64,000 nucleotides of DNA from Octopus vulgaris (Eukaryota), in NCBI GenBank assembly GCA_951406725.2, contig OX597820.1, positions 112,902,001 through 112,966,000 of the forward strand. The letters are read 5' to 3'. Of the stretch, positions 11,614-23,849 are shown one piece after another. Under the pieces are notes generated by a model. The model was not told the DNA's origin. It was given only the letters and a program-made list of their open reading frames with translations, and made no database searches. A program made the translations under genes and the position numbers. Positions within the stretch are counted from its first letter, which is position 1; each line of letters starts with the position of its first letter.

Positions 11614-11615
<2 letters not shown>

Positions 11616-11662
<47 letters not shown>

Positions 11663-11676
11663 TAATAATAATAATG

Positions 11677-11708
<32 letters not shown>

Positions 11709-11902
11709 CATAATAATGATAATAATAATGATAATAATAATAACGATAATAATGATAATAATAATGATAATAATAATAATGATAATGATAATAATAACAA
11801 TAACAATAATAATAATAACAATAACAATAATAATAATAACAATTATAATAATAATGATAATAATAAATATAATAAGAATAAGAATAATAATAATAATAAT
11901 AA

Positions 11903-11956
<54 letters not shown>

Positions 11957-12082
11957 TAATAATAATAATAATAATAATAATGGTAATGATAATAATAATG
12001 ATAATGATCATAATAATAACGATAATAATGATAATAATAATGATAATAATAATAACGATAATAATGATAATAATAATAATAA

Positions 12083-12115
<33 letters not shown>

Positions 12116-12177
12116 TAATAATAATGATAATAATAATAACGATAATAATGATAATAATAATGATAATAATAATAACG

Positions 12178-12265
<88 letters not shown>

Positions 12266-12298
12266 TAATAATAACAATAATAATAACAATAATAATAA

Positions 12299-12340
<42 letters not shown>

Positions 12341-12366
12341 TAATAATAATGATAATAATAATGATA
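11616..12366. repeat. Long (AAT)n array with GAT/AAC variants
   Basis: Direct inspection; ~750 bp. Confidence 0.95.
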
Positions 12367-12371
12367 AAAAT

Positions 12372-12925
12372 GCCCTGATGCAGTACCAGGCAGTGGCTCT
12401 CATGGCTTCTGATCTTAACTGATTGGAAGTGTTATCATGTACATTGTTTTGTCTTGGTATAAAAGATGGGCTACAGCAAATATTCTGCTCAATACCACAG
12501 ATTTGCTTTTCAGTTGTTTGACCTTAACCAGTTGAGCATGTCCCTTAGTGGCTGACGATATGTGCATCTCTGATCACAAGCAGAAGTAGTGGGGGAGCAT
12601 CATAGCCATGTGTTGAGAGGGATTCTTTGGGGTTTGAATAATTCACCTCTGGAAACATGGGGGTTTCATTCCTTATTCTTAAGCAAACCTTATTCAGGGA
12701 CCTTTTGAGTGGGAAGGGTTACTTGACCTGAAGAAAATTCTAACTGGGCCCCACCTGCAAGATCATGTGTTGTTTATCTTGATATGAGATGATCATGTCA
12801 AGCACATATGGTTGTCAGGAATGTACCTGGTATACCCTTATCAGATGGGTAGTCATGATGGTTATACTGGGCTCTGTATATTTTACCCCAGTGTCACTTT
12901 GATGGTATGCACTGATCTCTCACTC
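12372..12925 (+). mobile_element. ~550-bp non-coding (AAT)n-inserted element, second copy
   Basis: Homologous to 10617-11156. Confidence 0.75.
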
Positions 12926-12993
<68 letters not shown>

Positions 12994-13032
12994 TGATGAT
13001 GATGATAATAATTATAATAATATTAATAATGC

Positions 13033-13066
<34 letters not shown>

Positions 13067-13235
13067 TCTTTCTACTATTGGGACAAAGGCACCAGTTTTG
13101 AGGGGAGGGGTCAATTTGATTATATAGACCCCAGTACTTGACTGGTACTTATTTTATTGATCCTGAAGGGATGAAAGACAAAGATGTCTATGGCAGAATT
13201 TGAACTCAGAGCATAAAGAGTCAGAAGAAATGCTA
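13067..13235 (-). mobile_element. SINE (family 2)
   Basis: GACCCCAGTACTTGACTGGTACTTATTTTATTGATCCTGAAGGGATGAAAG..TTTGAACTCAG. Confidence 0.7.
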
Positions 13236-13329
13236 ATAACAACAATAACAATGATGATGACAACAACAACCACAATAATGCATTTCATACTCAGCAATTA
13301 TGATAATGATATTAATACTACTAATAATA

Positions 13330-13535
13330 ATTGTTTCTAATTTTGGCAGCGATTTTGAGGGAAGGGGTAAGTTAATTATATCAACCTCAATGCTCAGCTA
13401 GTCCATAGTTTATGAAGCCTGAAAGGATAAAAGAAAAACTTAACCGAACCAGATTTGAATGTAAAGAATCAGACGAAATGCCGCAAAAATATTTCTCTAC
13501 CAATGCTTTAACCATTCTGCCAGCTTAATGCCTTA
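13330..13535 (-). mobile_element. SINE (family 2), degenerate
   Basis: Same layout as other family 2 copies. Confidence 0.55.
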
Positions 13536-13736
13536 ATAACAACAACAACAACAACAATATCAACAACGATGACAACAACAAATGTAACAATAATACATCT
13601 CCCAATGTACAAGTGTAATAATAGTATAATAATGATAATAATAATTAAAGAAGAAGAAGAAGAAGAAGAAGGAAGAAGATGATGATGATGAAGAAGAAAA
13701 GAAGAAGAAAAGGGAGAAGAAAAAAGAAGAAGAAGA

Positions 13737-13768
<32 letters not shown>

Positions 13769-13914
13769 AGATGATTATGATGATCATGATAACAAAATTG
13801 ATTTATTTAACTAGCCACAAAGGGCCCAAGAGGGAGAGGAGTACAAGCGGGAAATACAAATAAAAAAAAATCAACAATTACGACAGAAAGCATGAGGGTA
13901 ATGCTTAATGTTAT

Positions 13915-13917
13915 ATG

Positions 13918-13967
<50 letters not shown>

Positions 13968-14029
13968 AATGATAAACAATAGTGTTATAATAATAATAAT
14001 AATAATGATAATAATAATATATAATAATG

Positions 14030-14090
<61 letters not shown>

Positions 14091-14116
14091 TAATAATGAT
14101 AATAATGATAATAATG

Positions 14117-14157
<41 letters not shown>

Positions 14158-14210
14158 AATGATAAACAATAGTGTTATAATAATAAAATAATAATGATAA
14201 TGGTAATAAA

Positions 14211-14242
<32 letters not shown>

Positions 14243-14269
14243 TAATAATGATAAACAATAATGATAATA

Positions 14270-14315
<46 letters not shown>

Positions 14316-14440
14316 TAATAATGATAAACAATAATGATAATGATAATTACAATAATAATCTTAACAATAATAATTATAGTAGTTATAATAATAATGGTAC
14401 TAACAGCAACAACAACAACAACAATAATAATAATAATAAT
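13915..14440. repeat. (AAT)n/(GAT)n array with internal duplication
   Basis: GATAAACAATAGTGTTATAAT occurs at ~13971 and ~14161. Confidence 0.95.
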
Positions 14441-15528
14441 GTTAGCAGCAATGTAAAGAAGAGCAGGGGAGGTGGAGAAGGAGATTAGAAATAGCAAAAC
14501 AAACCGTTAACATTGGCAACTACATGCGAACTGGCATCTTCTTGGAAAGTATCAAGACTAGCAGCAGAGTGTAACGAAAAGGAGTATATAGAGAGAGATT
14601 GTGAAAGTTCCCAGTCTTCTAGCATGTTCCTTGCATAGTAAACTGACCTTATCATTGCCCGTGCACACATACATAGCTCATTTAAAGATGCACTGCTATA
14701 TATGCTTACATATACACTCATACACATGGTCATATATTGTAAGATACATAGTAGTCAATCTCGATGGTTGTTTTTTTTGGATTTGTTTTGAGTTTTTTTC
14801 ACTTATTTTTTTTTTTACCTATATTCTAAGCAAAAGAAAAAAAAACATAAATGAAATTTTTAAAATGTTCAGTAATTTGGTTACAGTTTAGTCTACTATG
14901 TTGCACAGCTGTTCGTCTGAACATCACTCATACTATTTCATTCATACTTACACGATAAGTAATGCATATATAATGATATATAATACACACATAACGTACG
15001 TAGAAAATATGCATGTACATTTATTTACATATATATATACATACATGCATACATAAAATATATGCATACATATGTACATGCATACATAGCATGCACACAT
15101 ACATAAATATATACATACGTGCACATATGCATACATATATGCATGCATACGTACATGCATGCATATGCATACATAGATGCATGCATATATAGATATGAAT
15201 ATATATGCATACATACAAATATTATGTTTATATGTATTTTCATAAATGTAGACAAGATATGTGTATATATATCTATGTATGCAATTATGTATGTAGGTAT
15301 GTGTGTATGGCTGAATATGTAAATGTGTGGCCAGAGCTCAAGGGCTGAAATGCATAAAAGAATATGTGTGTGTTTATGTGCATACACACACATACACACA
15401 AACATATGTGTGTATGTGTGTGCATGCATATATAAGATGCATATATGAATTCATTATGATTTCATATACATATGCATTATAATTTGCGTGCATATGTGCA
15501 TGTGTGCGTGTATGCAGACACACACATG

Positions 15529-15529
<1 letters not shown>

Positions 15530-15576
<47 letters not shown>

Positions 15577-15578
15577 TT

Positions 15579-15616
<38 letters not shown>

Positions 15617-15658
15617 CAGACAAACAGATAGACAGACAGACAAACAGACAGACAGATT

Positions 15659-15689
<31 letters not shown>

Positions 15690-15738
15690 GGATAGACAGA
15701 CAAACAGATAGACAGACAGACAAACAGACAGACAGATT

Positions 15739-15769
<31 letters not shown>

Positions 15770-15890
15770 GGATAGACAGACAAACAGATAGACAGACAGA
15801 CAAACAGACAGACAGATTGAAAGATAGATAGATAGATAGATGGATAGACAGACAAACAGATAGACAGACAGACAAACAGACAGACAGATT

Positions 15891-15921
<31 letters not shown>

Positions 15922-15935
15922 GGATAGACAGACAA

Positions 15936-15968
<33 letters not shown>

Positions 15969-15970
15969 TT

Positions 15971-16001
<31 letters not shown>

Positions 16002-16050
16002 GGATAGACAGACAAACAGATAGACAGACAGACAAACAGACAGACAGATT

Positions 16051-16081
<31 letters not shown>

Positions 16082-16126
16082 GGATAGACAGACAAACAGA
16101 CAGACAGACAAACAGACAGACAGATT

Positions 16127-16157
<31 letters not shown>

Positions 16158-16206
16158 GGATAGACAGACAAACAGATAGACAGACAGACAAACAGACAGA
16201 CAGATT

Positions 16207-16237
<31 letters not shown>

Positions 16238-16286
16238 GGATAGACAGACAAACAGATAGACAGACAGACAAACAGACAGACAGATT

Positions 16287-16320
<34 letters not shown>

Positions 16321-16445
16321 CAGACAGACAAACAGATAGACAGACAGACAAACAGACAGACAGATTGAAAGATAGATAGATAGATAAATAGATAGATAGA
16401 TAGATGGATAGACAGACAGACAGACAGATAGACAGACAGATAGAT
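15530..16445. repeat. (GATA)/(GACA) array organised into ~80-bp higher-order units
   Basis: Marker GATTGAAA recurs 11 times at 72-80 bp spacing (15575 to 16363). Confidence 0.95.
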
Positions 16446-16737
16446 GGTGCACGAAACTCTCAGCTCTTGAGTCACTTTTGTTACTCCCAGATATATACGA
16501 GCTATACCTTAGATGCACATATCAGTTCATATATATACATTCAAACATGCTATAATATATGTGTGCGTTTGTATGTGTATGCATATATTTATATATATAC
16601 TTGCACATGTATATATATGAATATATGCATGCACACACACACACACATATATATATAAATGCATATTTTATATATGTACATACACATATGTATGTGTATG
16701 AATATATACATATATATATCTATAAATGTCTGTTTGT

Positions 16738-16781
<44 letters not shown>

Positions 16782-16981
16782 GGCTAATATGTGTGTGTAT
16801 GCATATACACATACACACATATGCATATACACATATATGCACACAGGTAAGCACACGCAAATAAAATGATGAACATTTATTCCCTATATCATCATCATCA
16901 TCATCATCCTCATCTGTTTGTAAATCTTTATTTGTGAGATATGCAGTGTATCATCCTCATTATTTTCATCATCATCATCAT

Positions 16982-17143
16982 AGGCACAGGTGTGGCTGTG
17001 CAGTAAGAGGTTTACTTCCCAACCACATGGTCCTGGGTTCAGTCCCACTTCATGGCACCTTGGGCAAGTGTTTTGTATTATAGCCTAGGGCCGTCTGAAA
17101 CCTTGTCAGTGGGTTTGGTAGATGGAAACTGAAAGAAGCCCAT

Positions 17144-17176
<33 letters not shown>

Positions 17177-17397
17177 ATCTATGTGTCTGTGTATCTACAT
17201 GTGTATATCTTTGTGTCTGTGTTTGTCCCCCACCACTGCTTGACAACCATTGTTGGTGTGTTTATGTCCCTGTATGTTAGCAGTTCAGCAAAAGAGCCCA
17301 ATAGAATAAGTACAAGGCTTAAACAGAAAATAAATACTGGGGTCGATAATTTTGACTAAAATTCCTTAAGCCAGTGCCCCATGACCACAGTCTAAGG
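16982..17397 (+). mobile_element. tRNA-derived SINE (family 1) interrupted by a hAT element
   Basis: A/B boxes (TGGCTGTGCAG; GGGTTCAGTCCC); tail resumes at 18274 (ACTGAAACAAATAAAAG). Confidence 0.85.
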
Positions 17398-18265
17398 CAG
17401 TGGTTCTTAACCTTTTTCATCGTCTTACCCCCTGAGTCTCTCCAGGGTATTACCGTGGCCCCTATGATAAATTTTGTAATGGTGAACTTTGTGTAAGATA
17501 AAACAAAACTATATGAAAATCCTAATTTATTGCAAATGTTACTAGAGCTAAAAAACTGCATGGAACTACTGAACATCATACAAAACCTACTTATTCACTC
17601 AGTGGAAGGGTTGATATTGTTTAGCAGTCGTATTACATCGAAACGAGGAGCAGTGATTGACAGACAACACCGCATGTTGGTGTCAATCACAAGCCCACTA
17701 TGTGCTTTCGTTTTCAGTGCCATTATTGCTGAGAACCCAGCCTTGAGGGTGACTGGATCAGCATGGTCAGTGCGCACATTGAAAGAAGAGGATGGTTGTC
17801 CTTCAGTTTCACTGAAAGTAATGGAAACTCTTGTTCAGAAAAACCGACATTCAACTGAGCATCCTCATGAATTTCAAGAAATTCTACCTTCACAGCAACA
17901 TCAGTATCACTGATGGCACTGTCCTTCACTGAAAAGGTCCTGCAGATCCATGCATCAGTACAGCAGTTGTCTAATCCTAGGAAGCAACTTTCAATGACAT
18001 CATTCACTGCCAGAAGATGAGCTGAGATCTCTTCACAGAAACTGCATTCAGCTTCTGACATAGAATAAGAATAGTTGTCATCTGAGGGGAAAAGTTGTGA
18101 CTTAGGAGTTACAGAGCAGAACAAAGCACATACAGTTATGATACCACCACCAGATGCAATACACGACATTGCAATACTTCAAATACAGGAGATAAATTAC
18201 TTTCTCTCAAACCCTTCATGACACCCCCACGAAACTCCAAACAACCCCCAGATTTAGGACTGCTG
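17398..18265 (-). mobile_element. Non-autonomous hAT (Charlie-like) element
   Basis: Imperfect TIRs CAGTGGTTCTTAACC/GATTTAGGACTGCTG; 8-bp TSD GTCTAAGG/GTCTAACG; minus-strand remnant AGFSAIMALKTK..MRCCLSITAPRF (hAT dimerisation domain). Confidence 0.8.
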
Positions 18266-18477
18266 GTCTAACGACTGAAACAAATAAAAGTTAAGAATCA
18301 TTTTTAACTCTAGTATCACTGCTTGTATGAATTGGACAATTAGATATTATCCAATGTGTTGGAGGATGATATGTTGTTCAGTATCTCTGACTTGCTATAG
18401 TTTCTGTGACAGCATGTCCTTACTGACACCAACCACTTTACAAAGTGTCTTGGGTGCATTTTTGTGGTACTAGCACA

Positions 18478-19600
18478 AGGGAGGCTGCATTATGTTGATG
18501 ACACCTTCATATTCTGGCTCTACCTGGAGGATATCCAAGTACTACAAGATCGCATGAACCCAATGAAGTCATCCATACAGTTCACAATGGAAAAGGAAAA
18601 GGACAATCAGCTGGCATTCTTGGACGTATTAATAACACACACTGAGTATGGGCCCAGGGAATCTGTATACCGCAAGCCAACCTTCACAAGACAATACCTC
18701 AACTTCAACTCCCACCATCTATACAGTATAAAGAGAGGGATTGCTCAGTGCCTAAAACATCGAGCAAAGACTATAAGTAGTGATCCTAATACACACCAGG
18801 AAGAAATGATCCGGCTAAGAGATAATCTGCTATGCAACAACTACCCAAAGAACATACTATCCACTCCAATTAGAAAGAGGAGAGAGGATGAAACCCATAA
18901 ACTGAGCACAGTCAGTCTACCTTATGTCAAAGGCCTATTGGAAAAGATGTAAAAGGTATGTGGCCCATATGACATCAGGACAGTATTCAGAAGTAATATG
19001 ATGCTTCGCAAGTATCTTTCCAAGTAAAACCACCTTAGGAAAGAATATGACCAAAAACTGAATGTATTCTATCCCATGCAGTTGTGGTAGGTTATACAAA
19101 GGTGAAATATGCCACCCCCTTAAAGTAAGGATAGGAGAACATCATAAAGCTGTGACACAAAGGGATGTTGAAAAATCGGGTATAGCCAGACATGTATGGA
19201 AAAACAGAGACCACCTCCTGCTGTGGGATGAATTTAAAATAATTGACAGAGAACACTGATGGAAAATACAAAGATTAAAAGAGGCTGTACATATGCCAGG
19301 ACACAATAACCTCCTTAGCAGACCACGATGCAGATATGAATGTAATATGGGGGCCAGTGTTAAGAAAAGATAAAATACTAGGTTTATAAACCCCCAAAAT
19401 TCACTCCATAATTGTCCACAGGCATATAGTGTAGTGGGTAAGTGCACAGGCTACAAACCCTCAGATTCTAAGTTAATAATATAAAAAGGGAATAATATCA
19501 GCAACATACCTAAGGAACAAGAACAGAGGAAGCTTGGGTATGAAAGCTGCTGAGTACATCTATTTGTCCATTGTAAATAATGTACATAATTCCTCATCTT
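18478..19600 (+). pseudogene. 5'-truncated Penelope-like element (RT C-terminus and GIY-YIG)
   Basis: YVDDTF, LAFLDVLI, VYRKPT, YSIPCSCGRLYKGE..LKVRIGEH, with stops and frameshifts. Confidence 0.9.
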
Positions 19601-20106
19601 ATGAATTTTCTGAGATTCTTATGAAGAAAACAATATAACAAGGAGCTACTCTTATATATGGTGTGTATGTGTTTGTGTGCATGTGTGTTATATATGTGCG
19701 TGTGTATACATGTGTGTGAGTGTGAATGAGTGTCTGTTAGTGTTCCCTTGTCTTGAGACTGCTTGATCATTGTAAATGAGTGTCACTGTCTTACAAGCAG
19801 TGCCATTGATTTCCAGTATTCTGTGAAAACATGTCTGGCGACGAGAAAGTATAACTTTGCTTGGAAACAGATGAGAGATAATGACATTAGCAGGTGAGAG
19901 TTAAGTTGTTGTTGAGGTAATGATGATGGTGATGTGCATGTATGCATATTGAAATATAGAGAATATACAAAGAGTTTACATCAACTTATATTATGTAATA
20001 GTTTGAATACTTTGAATGCTCAGTTTGGTTTACCACTAAAGCTCCAGCTTCAGCTGCAACGGAAAAACATGATGTTGCAACTGCGGATTGTTGTTGTTGT
20101 TGTTGT

Positions 20107-20463
20107 TGAACGTATGGTCTTCGTCCCAGAGCTTGCAAGATGGGAGAAGTCCGAAACATGGTCCTTAGCTATTCGTAAGACCCGCAGAAGAGAAAGCAGG
20201 TCAACCCCCGACGCCGAGTGCATCAACGGATGGATGAATGCGCATCCAGGCTCAGTGGTTGCATAGGAAGTTGGGGGCAAGAAACAGGAAGAAAGAGTGA
20301 GAGAAAGAGTACAACAGGGGTCGCCACCACCCCCTGCTGGAGCCTCATGGAGCTTTGGGTATTTTCGCTCAATAAACACACACAACGCCCGGTCTGGGAA
20401 TCGAAACCATGATCCTCCGACCGCGAGTCCGCTGCCCTAAACACTGGGCCATTGCACCTCCAC
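20107..20463 (-). mobile_element. tRNA-derived SINE (family 4) with (CAA)n tail
   Basis: Minus strand TGGCCCAGTG A-box and GGTTTCGATTCC B-box; homologous to 30359-30716 and 56368-56736. Confidence 0.85.
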
Positions 20464-20749
20464 TGCAACTGCTGATCAAAGGCAGCCAGAAGTGGTTTCT
20501 GAATAGACATAGATTTAAATGAAAAAAAAAAAAACGAAACATTTGCCTTTTCATTTTTTATTTTAATCTATAAATTATATATAGATGCAATGATTATTTG
20601 AAACAGAACTCAATACATTGGGGAGAGTTGACAGCTGTATTCAATACATAGAAAAGTGATAGTCTTCTCAGGTTTCACTGTTATCTCATCCTGACTAAAC
20701 AACAAAGGGTGACACTTGAGTAGACAGTCATTTTTATTATATATAGACA

Positions 20750-20990
20750 CATCATTGTCATCATTGTCATCATCATTTAAGGTCCATTTTCCATGCTGGC
20801 ATAAGTAAAAATTGTTCGATAGGAGCTGGTGAACCAGAGGACTGCACTGCTCTCTGATGTCTGTTTGCTTTGGCATGGCTTCTATGACTAGATGCCCTTA
20901 CAGAGTGTACTGGGTGCTTTTTACATGGTACCAGCACCAGTGAGATGATCAGGTAACATGCAATACAAAGACCCCTCCCGAAAGAGTGGA
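20750..20990 (-). mobile_element. SINE (family 3), degenerate
   Basis: CATTTAAGGTCCATTTTCCATGCTGG tail on plus; GATGCCC core. Confidence 0.6.
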
Positions 20991-21594
20991 AAGTAGTATT
21001 GAGGGAGGAGGTCTTGTGTCAGTTGATTAGATGTTAGAGTATGAAGACAAGAGAGAGAAATAGGTGACTTGTTGTTGAGAAGATACTTGGCTACATCAAT
21101 TCAAAAAGGAGAGAGGAGAGAAGAGAGAAAGAGAGACAGAAACAGAAGATGGTGAAGAAGTTGAGTTGGAGAGCACACTTAAGTTACAGGGATGGGTATA
21201 CAAGTAAAGAGGTACAGAGGATTGGATAGGGTGAGTGGGCATGAAGGTTCATTGAGTGAGAGTGCGAGTTTGGTGGGGAGGAATATGCAGTGAGTGAGCA
21301 TCAATGGAGGGATAGGGAACATCAGTTGGGAAGATGAGTTGCTGGGGAGAGAGAGACTTGTCGGGGACAAACTAAGCCCTGGTAATTTGCAAGAGTGCAA
21401 GGGGAGAGTAGAAGATTGAGGGGAGGAGAATGCAGTAGGTGGGGAACATGGGTAGAAGGATGGAGGGGAGGTGTGGGGAACAGAAAGCTTTAACCCATTA
21501 TTTACATGCTGTTATTTATAGCTTCATGTGCTTCAAGTTTCACCATTTTAAAAAAGAATTATTTCACAACCTTGCAAAGTTTCTAAATTCTAAC

Positions 21595-21629
<35 letters not shown>

Positions 21630-21820
21630 CACACGTTAATTTTGAACACTATCAACACAGCATTGGTGGATAAATTTTTTTTATCACTTGCAACATCAGT
21701 GGACAAACACCAATATTCCCATGTGACAGGCTTGATAAGCGTTGAAGGATTCCTCTTAACATGGAACCAATGGTAGCCTTAACTCATAAATGAAGTATAT
21801 CTATATAATATATATATATA

Positions 21821-22216
21821 CTAGCAGTATCGCCCGGCGTTGCTCGGGTTTGTAAGGGAAATAACTATATAAGCATTTTTAGAGAGTTATAGCCAAAAAA
21901 GGACAATAAAATGCATTAAAAATGGAAAAAAAATGATGGTAAATTTTTTTTAAATCGTTGACTCATCGTAGACATTTTTAGAGAGTTACTTCCCTTATAT
22001 AATAGCGAAAAAATGCATTAAAATGGAAAAAAATGGTGGTAAAATTTGTTTAAATCGTAGACTCATCGTAGACGCGCGCTAATACCCAGAAGGGCTCGAT
22101 ATGAATCACGACTATAAGATACCCGCTTTTGGTTACACTGCACCGTAAAATGTGGGAGTAGTTAGGAATCTAAATCGTAGGAGACAGACACACAACTTAA
22201 CTTTTATATATAAAGA
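21821..22216 (-). mobile_element. Non-autonomous Helitron-type element
   Basis: Minus strand starts TCTTTATATATAAAA and ends with hairpin CCCGAGCAACGCCGGG then CTAG; ~100-bp internal duplication; inserted in AT. Confidence 0.8.
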
Positions 22217-22224
22217 TATAATAT

Positions 22225-22633
22225 AGGCGCAGGCGTGGCTGTGTGGTAAGTAGCTTGTTTACCAACCACATGGTTCCGGGTTCAGTCCCACTGCGTGGCA
22301 CCTTGGGCAAGTGTTTTCTACTATAGCCTCGGACCGACCAAAGCCTTGTGAGTGGATTTGGTAGACGGAAACTGAAAGAAGCCTGTCGTATATATGTATA
22401 TATATATATGCGTGTCTATGTTTGTGTGTCTGTGTTTGTCCCCCTAGCATTGCTTGACAGCCGATGCTGGTGTGTTTATGTCCCCGTCACCTAGCTGTTC
22501 GGCAAAAGAGACCGATAGAATAAGTACTGGGCTTACAAAAGAATATGTCCCGGGGTCGAGTTGCTCGATTAAAGGCGGTGCTCCAGCATGGCCGCAGTCA
22601 AATGACTGAAACAAGTAAAAGAGTAAAAGAGTA
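22225..22633 (+). mobile_element. Full-length tRNA-derived SINE (family 1)
   Basis: A/B boxes, CACCTTGGGCAAGT CORE-like block, GACTGAAACAAGTAAAAGAGTAAAAGAGT tail. Confidence 0.9.
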
Positions 22634-23156
22634 ATATATATATTGTCCTTTACGGCTGTTTTTTTTTATGTCTTACAGTTACTTAATGACTGTACTTGTG
22701 CTACTGGCATGAGAAAGCTGCTCAGTACACACTGTAAAGTGGTTGGTGTTAGGAAGGGCATGCAGCCATAAGAACCATGCCCAAACTGATATTTGAGCTC
22801 TGTTCAGCCTTGCAGCTTACTGGGTCTTGTCAAACTATCCAATCTATGCCAGCATGAAAAGTAGGTATTAAATAAAAATGATGATGACGATATATATGCA
22901 TGCATGTATATATACAATAGGTATAGGTGTGTGTATGGTTGCATGGCACCTTGAGAAAGTGTCTTATCTCTGCTCCTGGGCTGACCCAATTCTTGTTTGT
23001 GGATTTGGTTGATAGAAACAGAAAGCAATCTCTTGTGTATACATACATCCGTATATATGCACAGACACATACATATATAGATAGATATAAACATATATGC
23101 ATACATACATACAGACACATATATTTATATGTATATGTGTGTGTATATGTGTGTGT

Positions 23157-23196
<40 letters not shown>

Positions 23197-23494
23197 AGAT
23201 AGATAGATAGATACATGCATGCATGCATGCATACATAATACATACATACATATCTACATACATACATACATACATACATACATGTACAGGTATGGTGATG
23301 CAAAGAGGAAAAAATAGAACTCGAAATATGAGTATATGTATATTTTTTATTGATTTTTACAGAAACAATAAAGTGACTGAAGGTCCAAGAGTTCAGAAAG
23401 TACCAACACACAAAACTCTTGGAACTTGAGTCATTCTGTTACTTCTGCTAAACATTAACAAATATATATGTTTGTATGTGTATATATGTATATA

Positions 23495-23762
23495 TTTTAC
23501 ACCCTTCTATACGTCGGATATACAGATATCCCAAAGCGGGGATAGACACAACCGTCTTCACACGACGAACTTCGAATTACTCCACTAAACACGATACTTC
23601 AATAACTACAAACTCTCAACGATCTCATAGTTTCCCCACGACTTCCACAAAATTTCAACGACTTCTACGACCTCTTGTTTCAACCAGTACGCTACTCTAT
23701 AAGAGTTCGGCTAGTCCATTCTTCCAAATCCCACAGGGGTGTCAATGACTCCGGCCACAACA
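23495..23762 (-). repeat. 3' LTR
   Basis: Direct repeat of 27764-28032; begins TGTTG on minus after the PPT. Confidence 0.9.
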
Positions 23763-23849
23763 TATTCCCCTTTGAGATTTACCTCCTAGGGAAGTTTAAT
23801 ATTTATTCCAGTTAGGCACTACTTCCAACCGTTCTGTTTGTCACCTCTT

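Noticed and set aside
12372-12445. Possible HDV-like ribozyme at the left end of the AAT-inserted element
   Set aside because: One good hairpin is present, but P3/L3, P1.1 and the catalytic C segment cannot be assigned.
14555-14675. 38-aa minus-strand ORF with a hydrophobic C-terminus (MYVCTGNDKVSLLCKEHARRLGTFTISLYILLFVTLCC)
   Set aside because: Too short, no convincing splice context, no recognisable family.
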